64,000 nt of DNA. It comes from Escherichia phage vB_EcoM-LTH01. Below the pieces are notes generated by a model. That model ran no database searches, was not told the origin of the DNA, and saw only the letters and a list, made by a program, of their open reading frames with translations. Below are positions 17,925 to 28,091 of this stretch, one piece after another; position 1 is the first letter of the stretch, and each line of letters begins with the position of its first letter. Location: sequence record PP430345. One strand, given 5' to 3'. The position numbers and the translations under genes are program-made.

Positions 17925-20183
17925 TTGGGTATTACTGTTCGTAAGCGTAATGGTTCTGTAGAGAAATTCGAAGCTGAGAAGATCAACCGTGTTGTAGTTT
18001 GGTCTTGTGAAGGGGTTAATGATGTAAGTCCTTCTGATATCCTGATGAAATCTCAGATTCAGATGTATGATGGTGTAGAAACCGACGCGATTCACGATAC
18101 CCTGATCAAGTCCGCAGCGGACCTAATTAGTGTAGAAAGTCCAAACTATCAGTATCCAGCAGCACGTCTGCTTCTGTTTAAACTGCGTAAGCAGGCTTAT
18201 GGTGGTTTTGAACCTCGTCCACTGTACGCTCACATTCTTATGACTGTAGCTCGCGGTAAATACGATGAACATCTGATTTCAGATTACACGAAAGAAGAGA
18301 TTGAATTTTTAGATACAGTTATCGATCATGACCGTGATTTTGATTACACTTACGCAGCTATGCGTCAGTACGAAGATAAATATCTGGTCAAGGATCGTGT
18401 AACAGGTGAAATCTTTGAATCTCCTCAGACAGCACTGATGCTGATCGCAATGTGCTTGATGAGTAAAGAAGATCCTAAGAAGCGTCTACAAAAAGTGATT
18501 GATCTGTACAACATGGTTTCTACCATGAAGGTTTCTCTGCCTACTCCGATTATGGGTGGTGTACGAACTCCGACTCGCCAATTCAGTTCTTGTGTTCTGA
18601 TTGAATCAGGTGATGATATTAACCAGATCTTTGCAGCAGTTGAAGCACAAGGTAAGTATGCAGCACAGCGAGCAGGCATTGGTTTGAACTTTGGCGCTAT
18701 TCGTGGACAGGACGCTCCTATTCGCGGTGGGGAAGTTAAACATGCAGGTACGGTCGGCATTGTTCGAATGTATCAAGAATCTTTAGGTTGGGCATCTCAA
18801 GGTGGTCTGCGTAAAGCTTCAGCTAACTACTTTTATCCGATTTGGCACTGGGACTTTGAAAACCTGATCGTAATGAAGAACAACCGTGGTACTGAAAGCA
18901 CCCGTGCACGACATGTTGATTATGGTGTGCAGATCAATAAGTTCTTCTATACTCGCTTACAGAAAGGTGGCAAGATCAGTTTCTTCCATCCAAACGTAGC
19001 AAACGGTGATCTGTATAAATACTTCTTCTCGGATCAAGAAGCATTTGCAGAACTGTATGAGAAATTGGAGGCAGATCCTTCCATTCCTCGCAAAGAGCTT
19101 GAAGCGACTGATGCTTTCACTCGTTTAGCTCAAGAACGTAGCCAGACAGGTCGTATTTATATTCAGAACGTTGACCATTGCAATAGCAACAGTCCGTTCC
19201 TTCCTGATGTGGCTCCGATTAAGCAGTCTAACCTGTGTATGGAAATTGCATTACCTACGGCTCCGATCAATAACATTAAGGACCCGAAAGATTCTGGTGA
19301 AGTTGCACTGTGTACTTTATCAGCAATCAACCTCGGGAAGATTGAGAAGCTTGAAGATTTAGAAGAACCTGTTATGATCACGGTACGTGCTCTTGATAAC
19401 CTACTTGATTATCAGAACTATCCTGTTCTTGCAGCAGAGAAAACGTTACTGCGTCGTACTTTGGGTATTGGCTGGACTAACTTGGCGTATTACTTAGCTA
19501 AACGTGGACTTAAATATAGTTCGCCGGAAGCTGCCAATGAAGTTCATAAACTTGCGGAAGCATTCCAGTTCTACCTGCTGAAAGCTTCTGTTCAGTTGGC
19601 GAAAGAGCGTGGTGCTTGTGAGTGGTACGATCAAACATCTTATTCTCGTGGCATCTTACCTATCGATCGCTACAAGAAAGAAGTTGATCAGTTACATACC
19701 GCAGAATTGCAACAAGATTGGGAAAGTTTGCGTCTGGATATCGCATTGCACGGATTACGTAACTCAACGTTGTCCACAATGATGCCTTGTGAAACATCAA
19801 GCCAGATTACTAACTCTACCAACGGCATTGAACCTCCTCGTGGTCCAGTGACGTTTAAGAAGTCACCTGCGGGTATGCTTCCGACGCTGGTTCCTGGTGT
19901 TGGTGAGGAAGGTGTGGTGTACGAGTACAAATGGGATATGAATGGACCGACAGCTTATCTTAACCTGATGGCTATCATCCAGAAGTTTATTGACCAGTCG
20001 ATCTCGACCAATACTTTCTACAAACCTTGGGATTATCCAGGTGGCAAACTGCCGATTAAGATTGTACTGCGTGATCTGATGTATGCTTACAAGATTGGCC
20101 TGAAGACCGTTTACTATCAAGAAACTCGTGATGGTGAAGATGAAGAAGATGATGGCTGCGAATCAGGGGCTTGTAAATTGTGA
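17925..20183 (+). CDS. nrdA: ribonucleoside-diphosphate reductase alpha subunit (class Ia)
   Basis: TTG start after AAGGAG; ATP-cone VRKRNGSVEKFEAEKI; conserved catalytic core and C-terminal CxxxxC. Confidence 0.95.
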   Translation: MGITVRKRNGSVEKFEAEKINRVVVWSCEGVNDVSPSDILMKSQIQMYDGVETDAIHDTLIKSAADLISVESPNYQYPAARLLLFKLRKQAYGGFEPRPLYAHILMTVARGKYDEHLISDYTKEEIEFLDTVIDHDRDFDYTYAAMRQYEDKYLVKDRVTGEIFESPQTALMLIAMCLMSKEDPKKRLQKVIDLYNMVSTMKVSLPTPIMGGVRTPTRQFSSCVLIESGDDINQIFAAVEAQGKYAAQRAGIGLNFGAIRGQDAPIRGGEVKHAGTVGIVRMYQESLGWASQGGLRKASANYFYPIWHWDFENLIVMKNNRGTESTRARHVDYGVQINKFFYTRLQKGGKISFFHPNVANGDLYKYFFSDQEAFAELYEKLEADPSIPRKELEATDAFTRLAQERSQTGRIYIQNVDHCNSNSPFLPDVAPIKQSNLCMEIALPTAPINNIKDPKDSGEVALCTLSAINLGKIEKLEDLEEPVMITVRALDNLLDYQNYPVLAAEKTLLRRTLGIGWTNLAYYLAKRGLKYSSPEAANEVHKLAEAFQFYLLKASVQLAKERGACEWYDQTSYSRGILPIDRYKKEVDQLHTAELQQDWESLRLDIALHGLRNSTLSTMMPCETSSQITNSTNGIEPPRGPVTFKKSPAGMLPTLVPGVGEEGVVYEYKWDMNGPTAYLNLMAIIQKFIDQSISTNTFYKPWDYPGGKLPIKIVLRDLMYAYKIGLKTVYYQETRDGEDEEDDGCESGACKL

Positions 20184-20223
20184 CAATGAATAACCACCCT
20201 TTGGGGTGGTTCTGAGGAGGAAT

Positions 20224-20412
20224 ATGAAGTTTATCTCGTGGTTCTTTATTGATCGTTGGACATTTAAACGGCAGGCAAAAAGATTCGGAACGAAATATCC
20301 AGGTTGTGGCACAGAGATCTATATGGCTGCACTTCGTAACAATCTTGCTGGTTGTCGAGACAATAAATATATTGCAAAAGATATGTTTAAGATTCTCAAC
20401 AAGTACAATTGA
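20224..20412 (+). CDS. hypothetical small protein
   Basis: ATG after GAGGAGG; track GTG start 20206 lies in a hairpin. Confidence 0.4.
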   Translation: MKFISWFFIDRWTFKRQAKRFGTKYPGCGTEIYMAALRNNLAGCRDNKYIAKDMFKILNKYN

Positions 20413-20418
20413 AATTAA

Positions 20419-20469
20419 CCGCCCTTCTGGGCGGTTTTTTATTGACTTTGATAACGTAATCTGTATAAT
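20419..20469 (+). promoter_or_regulatory. fused terminator-promoter module
   Basis: CCGCCCTTCTGGGCGG + T6 running into TTGACT - 16 nt - TATAAT. Confidence 0.65.
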
Positions 20470-20498
20470 AAACCACATAAAAGAGACAGGAGGAAAAG

Positions 20499-20840
20499 AT
20501 GAAGATTTGGCTTGATGATTTGAGAGATCCGAAAGATTACGGGCATGATGATGCCACCTGGTTTAAAAATTCTGACCAGTTTATCGAGTTCCTTGAGGAC
20601 CCTAATAAAATGTATCGTCGGGTAACAGAATGGCATTTCGACAATGACCTCGGTGAAGATTCAAAAGAAGGTTACCGCTGCTTAGAAATGTTAGAAGAAA
20701 AGCTTGTGTTTGGCAAACCGATCCTGTATCCTGCTGTTCTGTTTGTTCACACTTCAAATCCGAGTGCCGCACAAAAGTTTATGGCAGCAAAGGAAGTCTT
20801 TAAGCGATATGGGATTGAAATTTTAAGAAATAACTATTGA
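20499..20840 (+). CDS. hypothetical protein
   Basis: first gene after terminator-promoter module; SD AGGAGGAAAAG. Confidence 0.55.
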   Translation: MKIWLDDLRDPKDYGHDDATWFKNSDQFIEFLEDPNKMYRRVTEWHFDNDLGEDSKEGYRCLEMLEEKLVFGKPILYPAVLFVHTSNPSAAQKFMAAKEVFKRYGIEILRNNY

Positions 20841-20864
20841 TTTCCTGGTAAGTTTAGGTATAAT
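20837..20864 (+). promoter_or_regulatory. promoter upstream of nrdB
   Basis: TTGATT - 16 nt - TATAAT. Confidence 0.5.
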
Positions 20865-20895
20865 GGTTTTCAGATTAGCGAAGAGGAGATAATAA

Positions 20896-21993
20896 GTGAG
20901 TTACACAACTTTTAACAAAAACCAGTTTGATTTTATGGAACAACCGATGTTCTTTGGCGAGTCTGTTAACGTTTCTCGTTATGACAAGCAAAAACACAAC
21001 AAATTTGAAAAGCTGACAGAAAAGCAGTTGGCATTCTTCTGGCGACCGGAAGAAATCGATGTGACCCGTGACCGAATTGACTTTATGGGATTACCTGATC
21101 ATGAAAAACATATTTTCATTAGTAACCTTAAGTATCAAACATTGCTTGATTCAGTTCAAGGGCGTGGCCCGAATGCAGTATTACTTCCAATTGTTTCTGA
21201 CCCAGCTTTGGAAACTTGGATTGAGACTTGGGGTTTCAGTGAAACAATCCACAGCCGTTCATATACACACATTATTCGAAATGTATTTAGTGATCCTTCT
21301 GCAATTCTTGATGAGATCATGAAAACTCCAGAAATTCTGGAACGTGCAGATGCAGTTACGAAGCTGTATGACGATTTATTCCAGTTGAACAGTCGTTACG
21401 CTTTGAACTTGCCAGTCGATCGTTATGCACATGCACGAGCACTGTATCTGTGTATGCACAGTATTAATGCTTTGGAAGCAATCCGCTTCTATGTGAGTTT
21501 TGCATGTTCGTTTGCATTTGGTGAGCGTAGTATCATGACTGGCAACACCAACATTATCGAACTGATCGCTCGTGATGAAGCATTGCATTTGTCGGGTACT
21601 CAGTATATTCTGAACGAAATGCAGAGTGGTCGTGAAGGTGACCTTATTGCACGAGTCGCAGAAGATTGTAAAGATGAAGCCCGTGAGTTGTTCTTACAGG
21701 CACGACAGCAAGAACGTGATTGGGCAGAATACCTGTTCAAAGATGGTTCGATGGTTGGACTGAATAAAGAGATCCTGTGGCAATACGTAGATTATATGGC
21801 TGACCAACGTATGCGAGCAGTTGGTTTAGATAGTTTCATCGGTAAGCCACTGAAGAACCCGATCCCTTGGATCAATAGCCACCTGAATACTAAAAACGTC
21901 CAGGTGACTCCACAGGAACTAGAAAATGGTCAATATCTGTCTGGTCAGGTTGACTCTTCAGTAAGTGCATCTGACTTCGATTTCGAACTTTAA
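20896..21993 (+). CDS. nrdB: ribonucleoside-diphosphate reductase beta subunit
   Basis: GTG start; di-iron ligand helices (EALHL... ERSIMTG), own promoter upstream. Confidence 0.95.
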   Translation: MSYTTFNKNQFDFMEQPMFFGESVNVSRYDKQKHNKFEKLTEKQLAFFWRPEEIDVTRDRIDFMGLPDHEKHIFISNLKYQTLLDSVQGRGPNAVLLPIVSDPALETWIETWGFSETIHSRSYTHIIRNVFSDPSAILDEIMKTPEILERADAVTKLYDDLFQLNSRYALNLPVDRYAHARALYLCMHSINALEAIRFYVSFACSFAFGERSIMTGNTNIIELIARDEALHLSGTQYILNEMQSGREGDLIARVAEDCKDEARELFLQARQQERDWAEYLFKDGSMVGLNKEILWQYVDYMADQRMRAVGLDSFIGKPLKNPIPWINSHLNTKNVQVTPQELENGQYLSGQVDSSVSASDFDFEL

Positions 21994-22033
21994 TAAGCTG
22001 GGCCGAAAGGCCCTTAACCTGGAGATTCTAAAA

Positions 22034-22228
22034 GTGAAAAAACTTATTTGTACTTTTGCAGTGGAAGGTTTTGTGTTTGAACAGAATTCTGTTTATGAGG
22101 GATCAGATGATCTCCAATATGTGAGCACTGATCTTGGTGTACCTTGGGCATTGAATGAAGATATTAAAGTTCGTGAAAATTATTACGAAATTGAATCAAC
22201 AGTGCTTGCAACGTTCAAAGAAGTGTGA
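22034..22228 (+). CDS. hypothetical protein
   Basis: GTG start after GGAG; track start 21965 overlaps nrdB. Confidence 0.35.
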   Translation: MKKLICTFAVEGFVFEQNSVYEGSDDLQYVSTDLGVPWALNEDIKVRENYYEIESTVLATFKEV

Positions 22229-22265
22229 TTAAATAGTTTTGTTTTCTGGATAAAGGAGATTGATA

Positions 22266-22553
22266 ATGAGTAATGTGATTTTTGGTAAAGTAAACTGCCC
22301 ATTCTGTGACAATGCAAAAACCCTCCTTGGTCAGAAAGGTTATGAGTATGAGTATATTGACGTGGGTGCAAACTCTGGCAATCTGCAAGAGATGGTTAAA
22401 AAGGTAAGCGATGCTGTTGGTTATGTTCCACGTACAGTTCCTCAGATTTTTATTGACAGCGAGTACGTTGGTGGCTACACTGAACTGGTAGCAAAGAATT
22501 TGCCGAGCAAAGTAGAACTTGACTTCAATAACGATGACCTGGGAGATCTGTAA
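22266..22553 (+). CDS. glutaredoxin (NrdC-like)
   Basis: CPFC active site in VIFGKVNCPFCDNAK; AAGGAG SD. Confidence 0.8.
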   Translation: MSNVIFGKVNCPFCDNAKTLLGQKGYEYEYIDVGANSGNLQEMVKKVSDAVGYVPRTVPQIFIDSEYVGGYTELVAKNLPSKVELDFNNDDLGDL

Positions 22554-22963
22554 TGACTAATACCGTTGATAAAATTGAAAAAGAACTGACTGATCGTGAG
22601 CGTCTGCTTCATAAAATTGCAAAGTACGTTGTTGGTAAGGCAATTGACGCAAACCTTGAGGTGGCAGTGATGACACTGGACTTCCTGAAAGGTATTGAAG
22701 ATAAGACAGAAGAAGATATCATTAAGGTCCGAAATCAACAGAAGATCGTTGAAGCGATGACTTCTGAAAATTACGAAAAGGTAATGCAGAATGCGATCGT
22801 GGAAAATATGGATTCGTTATCCACTGAACATCTTCAACGCTTTGTAGACGAAATTGAATATTCAGAAGCTATCGCTGAAGTTCAGTTGAAAATGTCTGTG
22901 GCGATGAAAGAGATCCAAGATGATTTGATCTTGGGGTATGTAAAAACTGAAGTTACTCACTAG
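22553..22963 (+). CDS. hypothetical protein
   Basis: 136-aa ORF. Confidence 0.5.
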   Translation: MTNTVDKIEKELTDRERLLHKIAKYVVGKAIDANLEVAVMTLDFLKGIEDKTEEDIIKVRNQQKIVEAMTSENYEKVMQNAIVENMDSLSTEHLQRFVDEIEYSEAIAEVQLKMSVAMKEIQDDLILGYVKTEVTH

Positions 22964-22971
22964 GAGACTTA

Positions 22972-23355
22972 ATGGGATTTGTATTAGGTAAACGGAGTAT
23001 TGAACGTCTTAAGGGCGTTCATCCCGACTTGGTTGAAGTTGTGAAACTGGCAATCAAAAAGAGTACGATTGACTTTACTGTTGGTGAAGGTCTACGTACA
23101 ATAGAAACCCAACGTAAGTATGTTGCAGAAGGTAAGAGTAAGACGATGAATAGTCGTCATCTGACCGGACATGCTGTAGATTTGTGGCCTTTGGTTAACG
23201 GATCGGTTACTTGGGACTGGAAATATTATTACCCGATGGCAGAAGCTGTTAAGGATGCAGCAAAAGAATTAAACATCCCGATTGAGTGGGGCGGTGATTG
23301 GACTTCATTTAAAGATGGTCCTCATTTCCAACTCCCTCATAAACTCTACCCTTAA
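22972..23355 (+). CDS. peptidase M15 family (L-alanyl-D-glutamate peptidase, endolysin-like)
   Basis: GLRTIETQ...SRHLTGHAVDLWP...GGDW...GPHFQ resembles the T5-type endolysin zinc-ligand pattern. Confidence 0.7.
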   Translation: MGFVLGKRSIERLKGVHPDLVEVVKLAIKKSTIDFTVGEGLRTIETQRKYVAEGKSKTMNSRHLTGHAVDLWPLVNGSVTWDWKYYYPMAEAVKDAAKELNIPIEWGGDWTSFKDGPHFQLPHKLYP

Positions 23356-23370
23356 GAAGCGAGGTACTCT

Positions 23371-24123
23371 ATGCAACGTCATACTAATCGTAAATCTCGT
23401 CAGGATCGTCGTGAAGAGAAGCGTTCAAAAGGCCGTCAGGTAACACCTAAAGCATATGAAGAGTTGAAAAAACCTATTACTCCAAAGAACCGATTCCAAA
23501 AGGAATTGTTATCCCTGGTTAACGAGAAGGAAGTTGTTTTCGTTAACGCTCCGGCGGGTACAGGTAAGACATTTGTCATTATGAGTACCGTTATTGATTG
23601 GCTGAAGCAAGGTAAGATTGAAAAGATCGTCCTTACTCGACCAACATTGGGAATGGGGAACAGCCTCGGGTTACTACCTGGGACTATCCGTGAGAAATTC
23701 GAGCCTTTCCTTCAGGCACTTATTCAGGTTATTCAGCAACGCTACGGTCACGGTTTCTTTGAAACTCAGTTGGGTTGTGGTAACATTGAATTTGTTCCTC
23801 TGGAATATATCCGTGGACGTTCTTTCGATAATGCGGTTGTTATTGTCGATGAGTTTCAGAACACAGATGAAGATACGGCTTACACGATTATGACTCGTAA
23901 AGGTGAAAGTTCTAAGCTGTTCTGCTTAGGCGATATCACACAGAACGATATGCGTAATCGTGAAACTGGATTAGAATGGGCAATCGAATTCATTGATCGT
24001 CATGAACTTTACGACTTTGCTGACTATGTGGAAGCAACAAGTGAAGAAATTGTCCGTAGTCCATTCTGTAAGGCAGTTGTTAAAGCTCGTGAAAGGGATC
24101 TTAAAGGAGGTAATTTAGTTTGA
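23371..24123 (+). CDS. phoH: PhoH-like ATPase
   Basis: Walker A NAPAGTGKT, Walker B VIVDEFQN. Confidence 0.9.
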   Translation: MQRHTNRKSRQDRREEKRSKGRQVTPKAYEELKKPITPKNRFQKELLSLVNEKEVVFVNAPAGTGKTFVIMSTVIDWLKQGKIEKIVLTRPTLGMGNSLGLLPGTIREKFEPFLQALIQVIQQRYGHGFFETQLGCGNIEFVPLEYIRGRSFDNAVVIVDEFQNTDEDTAYTIMTRKGESSKLFCLGDITQNDMRNRETGLEWAIEFIDRHELYDFADYVEATSEEIVRSPFCKAVVKARERDLKGGNLV

Positions 24124-26198
24124 TTATTGCAAAACGTGACGGGCGTGAAGAAACCTTGTGCACGGATAAGATCGGAGCAGCCCTTCGGGGCGCTCTTTTA
24201 TCTGCTGGCACTAAAGCCGATATTGATAAACTTATTGCTAAAGTTGTCAGCCAGATTGAAGGGAAAGACCGTGTATCGGTAGAAGAGATTCATAAGGTTG
24301 TTGAAAATACTCTAATGAGTCAGAAAAATCTTCAAGATGCTGCTCGATGCTATATCGAATATCGTCATGACAGAGATTCAATTCGTGAAGGTAAAGGTAA
24401 ACTTTATGCGGATATTAGTGGATTTTTGGATCAGACGGCTGAAGAATTTACTCGTGAGAATGCGAATAAGCCCAGCAACTTGGTAAATACTCATCGAGAT
24501 TTACTGGCAGGTATTTTGAGTAAACATATTAGTGTTAATCAAATCTTACCGAAAGATCTTGCGGCTTGGCACAATGACGGATACGGCCACATTCATGATT
24601 TGGATTATCTGGTTAGTCCTTTGACAAACTGTTGCCTGGTTAACTATCGGGATATGCTGGAAAATGGTTTTAAGATTGGTAACGCAAAGATTGAAAAACC
24701 TAAATCTATTGGTGTAGCAACAACAGTTCTAACACAGATTATTCAGGCTGTAGCATCCAGTCAATACGGAGGACAAACATGTGCTCATATTGATGAGGGT
24801 TTGAAAACATATGTTGAGATGAGCCACAAAAAGAATGTTGAGTTTTTAGAAAAGATCGGAAAACCTAATGAATCTTTAGCAATGGAAATGACAGACAGGG
24901 ATGTGTATGATGCAATGCAAACTCTGGTTTATCAGGTTAATACTTTAATGAGTGTTAACGGTCAATCACCTTTCATTACGATCAGCATGGGTCTTGAAAC
25001 TTCAGAGTTTGGGAGAATGATTACCAAAAACTACCTAAAGGTCCATACCGAGGGGCTTGGTAAAGATAAGGTAACTCCAGTTTTTCCGAAGGTTGTCTTC
25101 TTTTTGCAAGATGGTGTAAACCTGAAGCCAGATGATGTTAATTATGATCTGAAACAAATGGCAATGCAGTGCTGTGTTGAAAGGATCTATCCTGACTTCA
25201 TCTCTGTGCCATTAAATAAAGAGGTTACTGGATCTTCAGATGGGAAAGTTACAAGTATGGGTTGTAGGAGCTTCCTTTCCAAATTTACGACAGAACATGG
25301 AGAGAAGTATGATGGGAGGTTCAACCTGGGTGTTGTGTCGATCAACCTACCATTGATTGCGGCAGAGTATAAAGCCAAAGGTGGTAATTTTTATGCACTT
25401 CTTGACCAGCACATGGAAAACGCATATGAATCGCATATGGTTCGTGTCAACCGACTTAAAAATGTAAAAGCTTCTCAAAACCCCACGCTTTTTATGGAAG
25501 GAGCTTTGGCAAGACTGGGAGCTAACGAAAAGATCGGTAAGTTATTCTACGATGGGTATGCCTCAATCAGTGTCGGGTATGTGGGATTATCTGAAACTGT
25601 TGAGATTATTGTTGGGAAAAAGGATAAGGGTTTGGCGGTAATGATCCTCAATCACATGAAAATAAAATGTGATGAATTTAAAGAGCGCTCACGTATTTCC
25701 TTTAGCCTCTACGGAACACCTGCTGAGAGTTTATGTTATCGTTTCGCTACCAAGCTTAAGGAAAAATATCCAGGGGTTCTTGATCGGGATTACCTTACAA
25801 ACTCCTTTCATGCACCTGTTTGGGAACATTCAGATCCTTTCAGTAAATGGAAGTACGAGTCAGGTTTTGCAACAATAAGTTCTGGTGGTAATATCGGGTA
25901 CGTTGAAACGCCAAACTTGAAAAATAACATTAAGGCGCTTGAAACATTGATCGACTATGGTTATGATACTATACCTTACTTTGGTGTCAATCAACCTGTG
26001 GACCAGTGCTTTAAGTGTAACTTTAGTGGTGAGTTTCATGCAACAGCAAAAGGTTTTGAATGCCCTTGTTGCGGGAATAAAGAAGAAGGAACAATTTCAG
26101 TAATCCGACGGGTTTCTGGTTATTTATCGGCTCCGAATGCAAGACCTTATAATAAGGGTAAGATGCAGGAGGTCTTACAAAGGGAAAAACACGTTTGA
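24120..26198 (+). CDS. nrdD: anaerobic ribonucleoside-triphosphate reductase
   Basis: TTG start; ATP-cone; C-terminal glycyl-radical motif RVSGYL and Cys cluster CFKCNF...CPCCG. Confidence 0.9.
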   Translation: MIIAKRDGREETLCTDKIGAALRGALLSAGTKADIDKLIAKVVSQIEGKDRVSVEEIHKVVENTLMSQKNLQDAARCYIEYRHDRDSIREGKGKLYADISGFLDQTAEEFTRENANKPSNLVNTHRDLLAGILSKHISVNQILPKDLAAWHNDGYGHIHDLDYLVSPLTNCCLVNYRDMLENGFKIGNAKIEKPKSIGVATTVLTQIIQAVASSQYGGQTCAHIDEGLKTYVEMSHKKNVEFLEKIGKPNESLAMEMTDRDVYDAMQTLVYQVNTLMSVNGQSPFITISMGLETSEFGRMITKNYLKVHTEGLGKDKVTPVFPKVVFFLQDGVNLKPDDVNYDLKQMAMQCCVERIYPDFISVPLNKEVTGSSDGKVTSMGCRSFLSKFTTEHGEKYDGRFNLGVVSINLPLIAAEYKAKGGNFYALLDQHMENAYESHMVRVNRLKNVKASQNPTLFMEGALARLGANEKIGKLFYDGYASISVGYVGLSETVEIIVGKKDKGLAVMILNHMKIKCDEFKERSRISFSLYGTPAESLCYRFATKLKEKYPGVLDRDYLTNSFHAPVWEHSDPFSKWKYESGFATISSGGNIGYVETPNLKNNIKALETLIDYGYDTIPYFGVNQPVDQCFKCNFSGEFHATAKGFECPCCGNKEEGTISVIRRVSGYLSAPNARPYNKGKMQEVLQREKHV

Positions 26199-26677
26199 AC
26201 ATCTGCGGATATGAAAGCACAGACTTCATCAACGGGGAGGGTGTAAGAACCTCCCTGTGGGTTAGTGGATGCAGTCATAAGTGCAAAGGCTGTTTTAATC
26301 AAAAGGCATGGTCATATAGTTACGGAAAAGAATTTGCAGATGAAGATATGGAGAGATTGAAAAAAGATCTTTCTCGTAATTTTATCAGTGGATTATCGAT
26401 CATGGGTGGAGAACCTCTTGACCCTGAGAATATTGATATTGTAAAAAGAATCATCAAGGAAGTAAAGTCGTCCTTTGGTGAGAGTAAAGATATCATGGTG
26501 TGGACAGGGTATCTTTTTGAAGATTTAGATGAGGAAATAAAGAAACACGTTGACTTAATCATGGACGGTAAGTATAATGAAAACAAACCTACAACTAAAA
26601 GATTCAGGGGATCAGATAACCAAAGGCTTTGGAAAAAAGTTAATGGGTACTGGTCAACTGAAGATGAAGGAGGTTAA
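26195..26677 (+). CDS. nrdG: anaerobic RNR activating protein (radical SAM)
   Basis: CSHKCKGC radical SAM cluster motif; overlapping start with nrdD stop. Confidence 0.85.
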   Translation: MNICGYESTDFINGEGVRTSLWVSGCSHKCKGCFNQKAWSYSYGKEFADEDMERLKKDLSRNFISGLSIMGGEPLDPENIDIVKRIIKEVKSSFGESKDIMVWTGYLFEDLDEEIKKHVDLIMDGKYNENKPTTKRFRGSDNQRLWKKVNGYWSTEDEGG

Positions 26678-26678
26678 A

Positions 26679-27296
26679 GTGCCAGCTTATACAGGAATAG
26701 GTTCAAGGGAGACTCCTGAAGAAATATTAAAAATTATGGAAGATGCAGGTTGGAGATTAGCAAGAGTTGGGTACACATTACGATCTGGTGGTGCAGGTGG
26801 CGCAGATGCAGCATTCCAAAGGGGTATGCAGAGGTTTCATGAAGATTGTAATATGACCCAATCACCGAGTAGACTTGCAGAGATATATGTTCCTTGGAAT
26901 AACTTTAAAGGTGGACAGGGACTTAAGGACCTGTATAATATCTCTCTGAATGAAATCGACAAAGATTTCCCACAGCATAAAGAGATGCGTTGGGATTGGG
27001 TGAAAGAAGTTCATGGTGGTTGGGATAAGTTGAGTCAGGGAGCAAGGAAGTTGCACGAAAGAAACGTACACCAGATTTTTGGTAAAAATCTTTCAAATGC
27101 ATACTTGATGCAAAGTAAATTTGTGATATACTACGCAAAGGAAACAAGAACGGGCAATCCCAAGGGTGGCACTGCTACAGCAGTCAATCTTGCAAAGAAG
27201 AGTGGAGTAAGAACACTTAATCTTTGGAAAGAAGACAACATCACAGTGCTTGAGAATTTCTTAGTTAACTTGGAGTCAAAACGTGGTCTTAGATAA
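26679..27296 (+). CDS. DprA/Smf-like (SLOG-superfamily Rossmann) protein
   Basis: GTG 5 nt after GAAGGAGG; GIGSRETP...GYTLRSGGAGGADAAFQRG and C-terminal GGTATAVNLAKKSG. Confidence 0.5.
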   Translation: MPAYTGIGSRETPEEILKIMEDAGWRLARVGYTLRSGGAGGADAAFQRGMQRFHEDCNMTQSPSRLAEIYVPWNNFKGGQGLKDLYNISLNEIDKDFPQHKEMRWDWVKEVHGGWDKLSQGARKLHERNVHQIFGKNLSNAYLMQSKFVIYYAKETRTGNPKGGTATAVNLAKKSGVRTLNLWKEDNITVLENFLVNLESKRGLR

Positions 27297-27600
27297 AGCA
27301 AAGATGTTAAACAACACTTATGCACTTGGTCGTCCTAAAAAAGAAAAGAATTTCGTTGTTGGTATGTGGGTCAATCAGGACCTTTGGACGACAGATGGCA
27401 AAAATAAACTAATCTGTAATTTTAAAGACATGGTTCAGTGGAAGTATTTTCTTGAAAGTAAGGAGTACGTTTCCGAGGTTGAGTTGAAAACTGGTGATCG
27501 TGTGAAAGAGGAAGATGAAGACGGAATTGAAAATTGGTTCTATGTAATCCACAAGATCGCAGAGAACGACGGGAAGTTTAAATATTTAATCGGAATTTAA
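27283..27600 (+). CDS. hypothetical protein
   Basis: 105-aa ORF. Confidence 0.45.
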   Translation: MVLDKAKMLNNTYALGRPKKEKNFVVGMWVNQDLWTTDGKNKLICNFKDMVQWKYFLESKEYVSEVELKTGDRVKEEDEDGIENWFYVIHKIAENDGKFKYLIGI

Positions 27601-27608
27601 GGGGTGAT

Positions 27609-28079
27609 ATGGATAAGGGTATGTACGCAACAGTTGATCATCGTAAACTGATGGAATTGAAAAATTGTGGGGCTATTGTTCCTGATCGTATTGAAGAAAT
27701 CGCAACAGCCCTGTTCGAAGAGTTAATATTTGGAATTAAGACTTTGCGTAAAAACAACGATGAGTATCGTGGATGGTTTTCTCGCTTATTCTTAGGCTCT
27801 CTTAGTATCGATCAGGAAGTTGATATTATGTTCTCTACTCGAAAAGAGTTGATAGAGCATTTATCAGCCATTGAGGTCCCAAGTAAGTTATGTCCAATCA
27901 CGGAAGAACTTAAAGAGCAGATTATCTTTTTAGATCGTGCGGCACTTTACACTGCCGAAGCAGCAAAGATTCTTGATATGTTCAAACGTCATCATGAAGT
28001 AATTGTTGACTCTGATCATTCTGTCGTAGTAGACTGGGTTCTGCAAAACGCTACCCGCATCCGTACTTTAATTAGCTAA
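27609..28079 (+). CDS. hypothetical protein
   Basis: 156-aa ORF. Confidence 0.5.
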   Translation: MDKGMYATVDHRKLMELKNCGAIVPDRIEEIATALFEELIFGIKTLRKNNDEYRGWFSRLFLGSLSIDQEVDIMFSTRKELIEHLSAIEVPSKLCPITEELKEQIIFLDRAALYTAEAAKILDMFKRHHEVIVDSDHSVVVDWVLQNATRIRTLIS

Positions 28080-28091
28080 GGGGGAATTAAT

